Assembly: GCA_048941015.1 (NCBI GenBank)
Contig: JBHLNZ010000028.1
Location: 1-39,991 of the forward strand
DNA from: Promethearchaeota archaeon
GTDB lineage: Archaea; Asgardarchaeota; Lokiarchaeia; Sigyniarchaeales; SOKP01
DNA length: 39,991 nucleotides
Reading direction: 5' to 3'
Part shown: positions 29,302 to 38,719 of the stretch, in pieces
Position numbering within the stretch: position 1 is the stretch's first letter
Layout: the number at the start of each line of letters is the position of its first letter
Translations under genes and position numbers: made by a program
Notes under the pieces: generated by a model
Told to the model about the DNA's origin: nothing
Seen by the model: the letters and a program-made list of their open reading frames with translations, nothing else
Databases searched by the model: none

Positions 29302-30519
29302 ATGAATGATGATTCAATAAGTATATTGGAAAAATATGAGAACCTATTGGGAAAACCTGCCATGGAAAAATTGAAGAACAAGGCTAAAAAATTTACAGAG
29401 AAGTCTATTCTAAATGTTAATTCAACTAAATTTGGTGGAGGAGTAGCTGAGATCCTTCATAATATGATCCCATTAATGAATGATTTAGGTATAAATGCAG
29501 AATGGGAAACATTTACTGCTCCTGATAGTTTTTTTGAGATTTCTAAGAAAATGCATAATGCTTTACAGGGAAATATGGATATTATATTTTCTGAAGATGA
29601 AATAAAGGATTATATTAACCAAGCGCAATCCACTTATGATCAATTGCATCCAGATAGAGATTTTAATATCATTCATGACCCACAGCCCTGTCCTGCTATA
29701 AAATTTGCTACAGATAAAAAAGGAAAATGGATCTGGCGTTGCCATATTGATACATCTGATCCTAATCCACAAGCTTGGAATATGATTCATCGATACTTAT
29801 CTTTATATGATGCTTTAATTTTTACAAAATTACAATACGCCAGAAAGGTAAAACATAAAAATATTTTCCAAATTCCACCATCTATAGATCCATTCTCATT
29901 AAAAAATCAAGAAATTCAAGAAGAAGATGCGAGGGAAATTGTTGAAAGATTTATTCCATCAGACCTTCCTCTTATTTCACAAATTTCACGATTTGATCCT
30001 TGGAAAGACCCCCTTGGAGTAATAGACGCTTATAGAATAGTTAAAGAAAAATATCCAGTTCGTCTTGCATTGATAGGAAGCTTGGCACACGATGACCCAG
30101 AAGGAGAGAAATGGTTGAATAAAATAAATAACTATATTGGTGGAGATCCTTATATCCATGTGTTAAGCAATCTTGATGGTGTTAATGCCCTTGAAGTAAA
30201 TGCTTTTCAACGAGTTTCAAAAGTAATAATCCAAAAATCAATCAAAGAAGGTTTCGGATTAACTGTCACTGAAGCTTTATGGAAAAAAACGCCTGTTATA
30301 GGGGGAAATGTTGGAGGAATTAAGCTTCAAATTGATAATGGAGTGAATGGATTTTTAGTTGATACGGTTAGTGAGACTGCAGAAAAAATATTATATTTAT
30401 TAAAGAATCCCAAAATTGCCAAAAAGATGGGTCAAGAAGGTCATAAAATGATAAAAAATGAATTCTTGCTAAATAAACATGTGGAACGTTATTTAGATTT
30501 ATTTCAAAAGATTTCATAA
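29302..30519 (+). CDS. treT: Trehalose glycosyltransferring synthase TreT (GT4)
   Basis: NSTKFGGGVAEIL, HNALQG, IHDPQP, WRCHID, SRFDPWKD, DDPEG, EGFGLTVTEALWK. Confidence 0.9.
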   Translation: MNDDSISILEKYENLLGKPAMEKLKNKAKKFTEKSILNVNSTKFGGGVAEILHNMIPLMNDLGINAEWETFTAPDSFFEISKKMHNALQGNMDIIFSEDEIKDYINQAQSTYDQLHPDRDFNIIHDPQPCPAIKFATDKKGKWIWRCHIDTSDPNPQAWNMIHRYLSLYDALIFTKLQYARKVKHKNIFQIPPSIDPFSLKNQEIQEEDAREIVERFIPSDLPLISQISRFDPWKDPLGVIDAYRIVKEKYPVRLALIGSLAHDDPEGEKWLNKINNYIGGDPYIHVLSNLDGVNALEVNAFQRVSKVIIQKSIKEGFGLTVTEALWKKTPVIGGNVGGIKLQIDNGVNGFLVDTVSETAEKILYLLKNPKIAKKMGQEGHKMIKNEFLLNKHVERYLDLFQKIS

Positions 30520-30597
30520 TTCTTTTTAAACTTATAAACCATATTCTCATATTCTATAATTTTTTATAATTACTAATTTATTTTTCTTTATTCTACA

Positions 30598-31824
30598 ATG
30601 AAAGGAGTTAATGAGAAACCAAAATTCGCTCAGCAATTTGTCATTTTGATGACAATCTTTATTGATGCTACGGGATATGCGATGGTAATTCCTCTTCTCT
30701 CTTTTTATACTGTTTCATTCAATTTAGGCGCTCTTGGGTTGGGTATTTTAATGAATGTGTTTGCTTTAATGCAATTTATATTTTCTCCTATAATGGGGAG
30801 ATTATCAGATAAATATGGACGTCGTCTGCTTCTTTTAATATCAATTTCTTTATCAAGTGCTAGTTTTTTTATGTTTGCTATAGCTTCTTCTTTTTATATC
30901 CTCTTATTATCACGTATGTTCTCTGGTATGGCTACAGAAATCTCGATTGCTCAAGCATACATGGCTGATATTACATCTAATAAGGCAAGAACTTCTGGTT
31001 TAGGTAAGGTTAGAGCAGCCTTTTCTGCTGGAGTAATCGTTGGTCCTTCGATTGGTGGATTCTTAAGTGTATTTGGTTATTGGGCCCCCGGAATAATGGC
31101 TGTAGGATTAACGTTGTTAAATCTAATTTTTGTTTACTTTTTTCTTCCAGAACCCAAAAGGAGTGACAATTTTCATCAAAATAGGAACTCTTCCAGTAAA
31201 TCTAATTTCATAACTAATTTAAAAAATTCTTTGAAAAAATCTTTATTACCATCATTACTTATTGTGTTTTTTATTATGACCTTATCATTTGCTGCAATAC
31301 CTGTATTAATGCCTTTTTTAACATTTGCTTTTTTTAACTTCAACGAAATTCAATTATCTTTAGTGTTTATCTATATTGGTGCTTTACAATTAATATTGCA
31401 AGGATTTTTGATTGGAAGATTGTCTGATAAGATAGGGGAAAATTTATTAATTATATTTGGTTTGCTATCTGTTCTTCTTGGAATGATCATTATGCCAAGC
31501 ATCCCTAGTCTCGTATTCTTTTTTATTTTAGTTGCAATGCTATCTTTAGGATCTGGGCTTGTAAGAACCGCGGTTCCAAGTATTATTTCAAAAATTTCAA
31601 GTGAAGATGAACAAGGTGGATTTTTAGGAGTAGCTCAATCTGTAGCGAGTTTTGCTTTAATTCCAGGACCCCTCTTTGCTGGCTTTTTTTATGATTATTT
31701 TGGATTGGGTGCGCCTTTTTACTTTAGTGCAGTTTTATTATTACTAGCTTTCTTGATGAGTATTAATTTATACTTTAGAATTCGAAAAAATACAAATAAA
31801 GAAAAACATATAGCACTCTCTTAA
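30598..31824 (+). CDS. MFS transporter (TetA/DHA1-like)
   Basis: GRLSDKYGRR (motif A), AYMADIT, GPSIGG, about 12 TM. Confidence 0.9.
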   Translation: MKGVNEKPKFAQQFVILMTIFIDATGYAMVIPLLSFYTVSFNLGALGLGILMNVFALMQFIFSPIMGRLSDKYGRRLLLLISISLSSASFFMFAIASSFYILLLSRMFSGMATEISIAQAYMADITSNKARTSGLGKVRAAFSAGVIVGPSIGGFLSVFGYWAPGIMAVGLTLLNLIFVYFFLPEPKRSDNFHQNRNSSSKSNFITNLKNSLKKSLLPSLLIVFFIMTLSFAAIPVLMPFLTFAFFNFNEIQLSLVFIYIGALQLILQGFLIGRLSDKIGENLLIIFGLLSVLLGMIIMPSIPSLVFFFILVAMLSLGSGLVRTAVPSIISKISSEDEQGGFLGVAQSVASFALIPGPLFAGFFYDYFGLGAPFYFSAVLLLLAFLMSINLYFRIRKNTNKEKHIALS

Positions 31825-31920
31825 AAAATAGTCTTAAAACTTATAATCCATATTTTTAAATAATTGATAGAATGTTTTACTTTATCTTGTTATAAAATTT
31901 AATTTAAGAGTTGATTTAGT

Positions 31921-33585
31921 ATGGTAAATGATATTTTTACCTTTCTTGTTGGAGGAAAAGCTGGAGAAGGTGTTAAAAAAGCTGGTTCTGTAGCAGCAAA
32001 AATTTTTTCAACAATGGGGCGCCATGTCTTTCAAATGGATGATTATATGAGTTTAATAAGAGGCGGACACAATTTTTCTGTAATAAGTACTTCAACAAGC
32101 TGGATAAGTAGTCATTATATGAAAGCAAATGTAGTTGTAAATTTCGATAAAAGAAGTTATGATTTACACCTTAATGATTTTGCGACTGAAAATGGTATAA
32201 TAATTTACAATTCTGATGAGCAAGAAAATGTAGAGGGAATAGGAATTCCCTTTTCTTCATTGGGTAAAAAATATCCAATAAAATCTCTCATTTATGGGGT
32301 AGGAGCTGTCGCTATTTTATCTTCAGCTATAGGTTTTAAAAAAGAAGAAATGAATGAAATAATTAAAAGCGAATATCCCTCAGGTATTAAAGATAATATC
32401 TCTTTTGCTGATCAAATCTATGATTTGGTTGATCCAAAATTAAGAGGAAAATTCACACTGGAAAAAGGTGACTTTAAAAGACCAATTCTTACTGGTAATG
32501 AAGCTTTAAGTTTAGGTGCTATAGCCGGGGGTTTGGACATATATTATGGATATCCAATGACTCCTGCATCTACTATATTACACTTTCTTGCCTCACAAGC
32601 AGACAATTTTGGATTAGCAGTTATGCATGCTGAAAGTGAATTGGCAGTTATTAATTTAGCAATAGGTTCTGCTTTCACAGGAGCTAAGGCAATGGTAGGT
32701 ACAAGTGGAGGTGGTTTTGCCTTAATGGCAGAAGGACTCTCATTAGCTGGTATGATTGAGGCTCCAGTTCTTGTAATCCTTTCCCAGAGACCTGGTCCTG
32801 CGACAGGCTTACCTACTTACAGTGAACAAGCAGAATTACTGTTTGCTTTAACAGCAGGACATGGAGATTTCGTAAGAATCGTAGCTTCACCGGGAACAAT
32901 CGAAGAAGCTTATTATTTATCAGCTGAAATGTTAGACTTAGCATGGAAGTTTCAAACCCCTGCTATATTACTTACTGAGAAACATTTGTCAGAATGTAGC
33001 ATGACTGTTGAAATAAAACCTGAGAAAGCTCAATGGGTTCGACCAAAAATGCATGATAAAGGCTCATATAAACGTTATTTAAATACTGAGGATGGAGTTT
33101 CTCCAATGTTGTTTCCTCCTTCAGATGAAGTAATAAAATGGAATAGTCATGAACACGATTTCGATGGAATTACGACGGAAAATCCTGATATTGCAACTCA
33201 AATGCATAATAAGCGATACATGAAGTATAATTCTCTAATTAATTATTTGAAACAAAAAAAAACTGTTAATATAATTCGTGGGGAGCACCCTAATAACATT
33301 ATTACTTATGGATCAACTTATATGAGTGTACTCGAAGCTCTTAGACATAGTAATTTAAATCTTACTGTCATTCAACCTATCTATTTAAATCCTTTACCTG
33401 TTTGGGAGTTAGAGGAATTTAAACACCAAGACAACATAGTTGTCGAACAAAGCGTCTCAGGTCAATTTACCTCACTTTTAAAGGAAAAAGCTGGACTAAA
33501 CATTAAAACAACAATTAAACAATACGATGGTCGTCCATTTGATCCCATTACCCTCGCACAAAAGATTAAGGAGGTGCTCAGTTAA
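31921..33585 (+). CDS. korA: 2-oxoacid:ferredoxin oxidoreductase alpha subunit (gamma-alpha fusion)
   Basis: GGKAGEG, IRGGHN, GYPMTPAS, ESE, TSGGGFALM, QRPGPATGLPT, YDGRPF. Substrate cannot be determined from the sequence. Confidence 0.88.
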   Translation: MVNDIFTFLVGGKAGEGVKKAGSVAAKIFSTMGRHVFQMDDYMSLIRGGHNFSVISTSTSWISSHYMKANVVVNFDKRSYDLHLNDFATENGIIIYNSDEQENVEGIGIPFSSLGKKYPIKSLIYGVGAVAILSSAIGFKKEEMNEIIKSEYPSGIKDNISFADQIYDLVDPKLRGKFTLEKGDFKRPILTGNEALSLGAIAGGLDIYYGYPMTPASTILHFLASQADNFGLAVMHAESELAVINLAIGSAFTGAKAMVGTSGGGFALMAEGLSLAGMIEAPVLVILSQRPGPATGLPTYSEQAELLFALTAGHGDFVRIVASPGTIEEAYYLSAEMLDLAWKFQTPAILLTEKHLSECSMTVEIKPEKAQWVRPKMHDKGSYKRYLNTEDGVSPMLFPPSDEVIKWNSHEHDFDGITTENPDIATQMHNKRYMKYNSLINYLKQKKTVNIIRGEHPNNIITYGSTYMSVLEALRHSNLNLTVIQPIYLNPLPVWELEEFKHQDNIVVEQSVSGQFTSLLKEKAGLNIKTTIKQYDGRPFDPITLAQKIKEVLS

Positions 33586-33586
33586 G

Positions 33587-34420
33587 ATGGATGACCTTAA
33601 AACTAATGCAGAAATAACTTGGTGTCCAGGTTGCGGGAATTTCGGAATTAAAACTGCGATACAAAATGCAATTCTCGAGCTTGAAAAGGAAGGAATGAAC
33701 AGAAGAGATTTTGTAATTACAACAGGTATAGGTTGTCATGCTAAAATGTTTGATTATTTGAACCTCAGTGGAATTTATGGATTACATGGGCGAAACAGTT
33801 CAAATGCGGAAGGAATTAAATTAGCGAATCCCGATCTAAAAGTAATTACTTTTTCAGGGGATGGAAATGGGTTAGCTGAAGGGCTAGAACATACACTATT
33901 TGCAGCAAAGAGGAATCAAGATATTACTATGATTCTTCATAACAACAGTGTATATGCTCTCACAACTGGACAATATTCTCCACTAACAGAACCAGGATGG
34001 AAAGGTCCTTCTACTCCAAAGGGTAGTTTTGAGATACCATTTAATCCTGTTTCTCTATTAATAGAAGCTGGAGCTACTTTTGTAGCCAGATGCTATTCTG
34101 GTGATATAAAACATCTAACTGAAACATTAGTTAAGGCAATTAAACATAAAGGGTTCTCATTCATAGAAGTATTACAACCCGCAGTACCTTATCATAAATG
34201 GGAAGAATATAAAGATAATATTGAATACCTTAATAAAGAACCTAACTCTCCTGAAGAAGCAATGATCACTGCTAAAAAGGTTTCTAAATTTACAATAGGA
34301 ACATTTTACCAATCTGAAAGAGGTGTGTATCATAAAGGTTTATATGGAGAACTTAATCCAGTTAAAGATAAAATACCGAGAGATAAACGATTAGATAAAA
34401 TAAGAGAAATTTTACAATAG
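33587..34420 (+). CDS. korB: 2-oxoacid:ferredoxin oxidoreductase beta subunit (TPP-binding)
   Basis: WCPGCGNF, GIGC, LHGR, GDG...NN, YALTTGQYSP. Start moved to ATG 33587 (MDDLKT), after GGAGGTG and the alpha-subunit stop. Confidence 0.9.
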   Translation: MDDLKTNAEITWCPGCGNFGIKTAIQNAILELEKEGMNRRDFVITTGIGCHAKMFDYLNLSGIYGLHGRNSSNAEGIKLANPDLKVITFSGDGNGLAEGLEHTLFAAKRNQDITMILHNNSVYALTTGQYSPLTEPGWKGPSTPKGSFEIPFNPVSLLIEAGATFVARCYSGDIKHLTETLVKAIKHKGFSFIEVLQPAVPYHKWEEYKDNIEYLNKEPNSPEEAMITAKKVSKFTIGTFYQSERGVYHKGLYGELNPVKDKIPRDKRLDKIREILQ

Positions 34421-34618
34421 TGATTATACTTATCAATATCAACCCGAAATTAATTCTAAGTGGCAAAAACCGGTAGTAGAGTACTATTTTTTTACGATAT
34501 TGCTGTTCTACCTAAATTATATTTTAAAAGATATATACTTCTCACAATTTTGTAGTTTTTTAAGTTAGCATTCATTAATTAAATTTCAAATAAATTAAAT
34601 TATAAAAAGGATAATTTT

Positions 34619-36031
34619 ATGTCCAAAAAATATGAAAATTGGATTGAAGATAACCAACGAAAACTTATTGAAATTAGCGATAAAATTTGGGAATTTGCTG
34701 AAGTTGGGTTTGAAGAGTACAAATCATCAACCTTATTAGCAGACACATTAGAGAAATCAGGATTTTCTATTGAAAAAAATGTTGCAGGAATGCCTACAGC
34801 ATTTTATGCCAGTTATGGAAATGAAAAACCAGTAATTGCTATTTTAGGTGAATATGACGCATTACCAGGGTTAAGCCAAATTAAAGAACCAATAAAAAAA
34901 CCTTTAAAGGAAGGAGCATCTGGTCATGGATGTGGACACAATTTATTAGGTACTGGGTCACTTGGAGCTGTTCTTGCAGTAAAAGAAGCTATTATTTCAG
35001 GGGACGCTAAAGGTACAATTAGGTATTATGGTTGCCCTGCTGAGGAAAAATTCAATAGTAAGGGTTTTATGATTAATGCAGGAGTTTTTAAAGATGTAGA
35101 TATTACTCTTTCATGGCATCCTGCATTTCTGAATGCAATAAATGATGTTTCATTATTAGCTATAAATTCTGTAAAATTTAAATTCTTGGGTCGTTCTGCT
35201 CATGCTGCTTTTGATCCCCAGAATGGACGGAGTGCATTAGATGCTGTTGAATTAATGAATGTTGGTGTGAATTATTTAAGAGAACATATTATTCCTGATG
35301 CTAGAATCCATTATGTAATTACAAATGGTGGTGAAGTCCCTAATGTTGTTCCAGAAAAAGCCGAAGTATATTACTTCATTAGAGCTCCTAAACGTCCTTC
35401 AGTTGAGGAAGTTTATAACCGTGTTATTAAAATAGCCGAAGGAGCAGCCTTAATGACAGATACTAAAATGGAAATAAATTTTTTAGGAGGTATGTATAAT
35501 CCTTTACATACTGAGGCAGTTGGTGAAGTACTTCTTTCTAAAATGAAATTAGTAGGTGCACCTAAGTATAACAAAGAAGAGAAGGAATTTGCACAAAAGC
35601 TCAAAAAAACTTTGCCCCCTGGTTCAATGGAGGCTTTTTCTCGCCTTATACCTGATAATTTTCGTGAAATGGCTAAACAAATTCTTGATCACCCTTTGAA
35701 TCGAATGATACTTCCTGGACTTGGAAAAGGAAAAGTCATACCTGGTTCTTCAGATGTTTCTGATGTTTCAAGAGTTACACCTTTAGGTGAAATTGCTACT
35801 ACTTGTCAAATTATGGGGTCCCCAGGACACTCTTGGCAAAATGTGTGCACATCTGGTACGAGTATAGGCCATAAAGGAATGATAATGGCAGCAAAAGTAT
35901 TAGCTTTATCCGCTATAGAATTTATGAACAATCCTGAACTAGTCATTAAAGCAAAAAAAGCATTTGAAGAGAAAATTAAAGATAAACCTTATATTTCACC
36001 ATTTCCAGAAGGATTTAAACCACCTTTTTAA
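34619..36031 (+). CDS. M20 family amidohydrolase (AbgB / p-aminobenzoyl-glutamate hydrolase B-like)
   Basis: GEYDALPGL, GHGCGHN, GCPAEE, WHP, GRSALDAVELMN, HSWQ. Confidence 0.9.
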   Translation: MSKKYENWIEDNQRKLIEISDKIWEFAEVGFEEYKSSTLLADTLEKSGFSIEKNVAGMPTAFYASYGNEKPVIAILGEYDALPGLSQIKEPIKKPLKEGASGHGCGHNLLGTGSLGAVLAVKEAIISGDAKGTIRYYGCPAEEKFNSKGFMINAGVFKDVDITLSWHPAFLNAINDVSLLAINSVKFKFLGRSAHAAFDPQNGRSALDAVELMNVGVNYLREHIIPDARIHYVITNGGEVPNVVPEKAEVYYFIRAPKRPSVEEVYNRVIKIAEGAALMTDTKMEINFLGGMYNPLHTEAVGEVLLSKMKLVGAPKYNKEEKEFAQKLKKTLPPGSMEAFSRLIPDNFREMAKQILDHPLNRMILPGLGKGKVIPGSSDVSDVSRVTPLGEIATTCQIMGSPGHSWQNVCTSGTSIGHKGMIMAAKVLALSAIEFMNNPELVIKAKKAFEEKIKDKPYISPFPEGFKPPF

Positions 36032-36100
36032 ATAAAAGGAAGAATTTCCCTTCTAATACAGAAGATAAAAATTATATATTTCAATATTTTCCAAATTTGT

Positions 36101-36122
36101 TACAAAACACTCGCGTTTTGTA
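36101..36122. terminator. Inverted repeat between convergent genes (possible terminator or binding site)
   Basis: TACAAAAC-ACTCGC-GTTTTGTA, a perfect 8-bp stem. Confidence 0.3.
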
Positions 36123-36236
36123 CTATCGCGAGAAGAGAGAATTAAATTAATTCGAGAACTTTTAAAGTCCTAATATTCAAAAAATAGAGTTAATAATAAA
36201 AAAAAAAATTTGAACTTTTATTATTTATTCTTTTTC

Positions 36237-36551
36237 TTAACTTTCAAGCTTCTTTTTAAGCTTTATCAAGATGGGGAGAGCTTTAGCAAGTTCCATTGCA
36301 GGAGAATTTTTGATAAGTTTAAATACCCCTGGTTTAGCCATTCTCCATACATTAGTGTCTTGCACTAACTGTTCTTCATTTTCTGCTTCTGATATTGTAA
36401 TTCCCCAATAATCTCCAGTAGATACATACCATCCTAATTGTTTAACTCCTTCTGTAGGATAAAGGTTCTTGCTTAAGACTTTTTGAGCCATTTCAGCTAA
36501 TTCTGCTGGGTCAAAATTTTCATTCAATTCCCAATACGTAATAAATAACAT
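36237..36551 (-). CDS. Small alpha/beta protein (DUF3303 / GYD-like)
   Basis: MLFITYWEL...GVKQLGWY...WGITISEAE...W...SPAM pattern; GAGGTG upstream. Confidence 0.65.
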   Translation of the reverse strand: MLFITYWELNENFDPAELAEMAQKVLSKNLYPTEGVKQLGWYVSTGDYWGITISEAENEEQLVQDTNVWRMAKPGVFKLIKNSPAMELAKALPILIKLKKKLES

Positions 36552-36860
36552 TCTTTAATTTACACCTCTATTAAATTCCGAGAAAATCTATTGATATTTA
36601 AGGATTATAATTCATTCTTTAAACACCAATAAAGTAGAAAATGATAATTAATTATTTAAGTATTTTCCAAGTTTGTCAAATCTAAAACAAATCTTTTTTG
36701 AAAAATTGGATTAAATTTTACCAATCACTCTGAATAGAATTGATTTAATAAAGCATTTATTAATTATTATATAGTTTGTAAAGCCATAAGGGATATTAAA
36801 TCGAAATATATAAATCTATGAAATTTATTATTTAGAAAGATAATTATTGGAATATCTAGA

Positions 36861-37823
36861 ATGACCGAAGATTTTCAAAAAATAAAGATTAAAAAGTTGG
36901 AATTGGAATTAGAATTAAAAAAACAAGAACTATCCGAACAGCTCGATAAAATAGACCAACTAGAAAATGCAATTATGGAGCTAGAAGCAATCATATCTAA
37001 ACCTGACAATGATTCATATTTACAATTTCAATTAAAAGAAATGGAGAAAAATTATCGAGAACTGAAAGATAAGACGGGTTTACTAAGGTTAGAAAACATA
37101 AGATTAAAACAAGAGTGTGATGAAGCTAAAAATAATCCAACTTTTCTTCCTATTGTTGAAGAAGAATCACAATCTACGAATTTAAAACCTTTAAAGACTT
37201 CAAAATTAGAAGATAATAGTGAGAATCTAAACCAAGAAGAAAATACTAAAAGGATCCTTATAAAATGTCCAGAATGCGAGAATCAAAAATTCTTGAAAGT
37301 TCCATTAAAAGTAATAAACCAAAGTAATAATGTAACAACAATTAATGTTCCCTCTGGAATAATTTGTTCTCATAATTTTCAGGTTTTTGTTGATAAGTTT
37401 TTTTCTATAAGAGGATATCAATTAGCTGATTTTGAGTTTTCTAAAATTGAATATTACGAAAGTAATATTCCATCATCTCCAGAGTTTCAAGAAATTATTA
37501 ACATTTTAAGGAGATCTGTAGATGATCGGGAAATACTTGGGACTGCAATCTTTACTATTGAAGGGAGAGTTTTATATACATCAATTCCACAAAAAACATT
37601 ACTTGACACAATTAGGGAATTCGAAATTAGGAATGAAAAACATGTGCACAGTGTTATAAAAATGTTTCTTGAATTAAAGAATCAACAAAAAGTGTGTTCA
37701 GAGACTTTAGAAATTCAAGGAATAGAATTTATACTGGTCTTAATTTTTTCCGAACTTGTGAATTTTGGGATAGGAAATATGTTAATGAGAGATATTGTAA
37801 AAAAATTAAAAGTTCCCGGTTAA
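36861..37823 (+). CDS. Coiled-coil + zinc-binding + roadblock/LAMTOR-like domain protein
   Basis: Heptad-rich N-terminal ~90 aa; CPEC...CSH...VDKFFSIRGYQ; C-terminal ILGTAIFTIEGRVLYTS...FILVLIF...VNFGIGNMLMRDIVKKL with roadblock-like topology. Confidence 0.72.
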   Translation: MTEDFQKIKIKKLELELELKKQELSEQLDKIDQLENAIMELEAIISKPDNDSYLQFQLKEMEKNYRELKDKTGLLRLENIRLKQECDEAKNNPTFLPIVEEESQSTNLKPLKTSKLEDNSENLNQEENTKRILIKCPECENQKFLKVPLKVINQSNNVTTINVPSGIICSHNFQVFVDKFFSIRGYQLADFEFSKIEYYESNIPSSPEFQEIINILRRSVDDREILGTAIFTIEGRVLYTSIPQKTLLDTIREFEIRNEKHVHSVIKMFLELKNQQKVCSETLEIQGIEFILVLIFSELVNFGIGNMLMRDIVKKLKVPG

Positions 37824-37825
37824 AT

Positions 37826-38698
37826 TCATAATAGAAAAGAAAGCAGGATTTCACCTTTTATTAGATATGAAACTATATTATTAAAATCTTTAGCATAATT
37901 GTCTGATTTTTGAAGGTTTTGTAACACAGATTTCCTATTATCTGAATATTTATTAGATAATTTAGGATTTATAGGTATTATCCCTAAAAATGAAGGGACG
38001 AGAAATAAAGCTAACATCTCTAACGAATAAAAATAGTAATTTTCTAAGTATGGTTTTATAGCTTGAATTATTTTTTCAATGTTTGGGCTAGATTTTTTAA
38101 TTTTAAAAATCAGAAAGATATTATCCCTTTCTTTTAAATCTAATTTTGTATAATTATATTGTGGTATTTCTTGATTTTCCATTATTTTCCGATATATATC
38201 AATCATTTCAGAATTTGATACTTGTTTTTCTCCAATCTTAAGTGGACATGATTTAAATTTATCGTCTCCTTGTAAGAAAAAAATTTCTTTAACATCTTCA
38301 ACTTCTACATTTTCAATAAGTCTGTTTAATTCAAGATACTCAAGTAACTTATTTGTAAAGATCTCTTTCATAGTTTGATTATTTGGATTACTAATCGCAT
38401 AAAATAAATTACGCCGTAAAAATAAGTCTAGGTTATCAAAGGTCTCATTTTCTTCAAAAATGATACCTAAAATTCCTTCCCTCTGACTTCTACGATCTAA
38501 ATTTCCTGTAAAACATGAAATACTTCTATGTTGCCTTAATTTAATTTCAAGATGGGATGATGTTTTAAATCCTGCATGAGACATATAGAGTTTCGAAATA
38601 AACTCTTGAGGTAGCTTTATAGGGCTTGTATAATAAGAGCATTTAATTTCAGGACCTTTTATTTCGTCATGAATCAATAAAAAAATTCCTTTTGGCAA
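37826..38698 (-). CDS. Longin/uDENN-like domain protein
   Basis: N-terminal GIFLLIHDEIKGPEI hairpin; TTG start preceded by AGGAGG; lies 21 bp downstream of the GTPase gene on the same strand. Confidence 0.65.
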   Translation of the reverse strand: MPKGIFLLIHDEIKGPEIKCSYYTSPIKLPQEFISKLYMSHAGFKTSSHLEIKLRQHRSISCFTGNLDRRSQREGILGIIFEENETFDNLDLFLRRNLFYAISNPNNQTMKEIFTNKLLEYLELNRLIENVEVEDVKEIFFLQGDDKFKSCPLKIGEKQVSNSEMIDIYRKIMENQEIPQYNYTKLDLKERDNIFLIFKIKKSSPNIEKIIQAIKPYLENYYFYSLEMLALFLVPSFLGIIPINPKLSNKYSDNRKSVLQNLQKSDNYAKDFNNIVSYLIKGEILLSFLL

Positions 38699-38719
38699 TT
38701 TTATAATATCCTCCTATTA

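Noticed and set aside
33527-33586. 20-aa N-terminal extension of the beta subunit in the ORF track
   Set aside because: It overlaps the alpha gene; ATG 33587 has an SD and gives a normal N-terminus.
34472-34512. Imperfect stem-loop downstream of the oxidoreductase beta gene
   Set aside because: It has several mismatches and no recognisable ncRNA or SECIS consensus, and no selenoprotein is adjacent.
2720-35604. Short ORFs antisense to recognised genes (e.g. 2720, 3519, 4924, 5539, 7654, 9306, 10696, 11981, 14077, 15456, 16003, 16752, 18609, 19679, 21789, 22449, 25440, 25998, 26817, 29563, 30368, 35413)
   Set aside because: They overlap well-supported genes on the opposite strand and show no motifs of their own.
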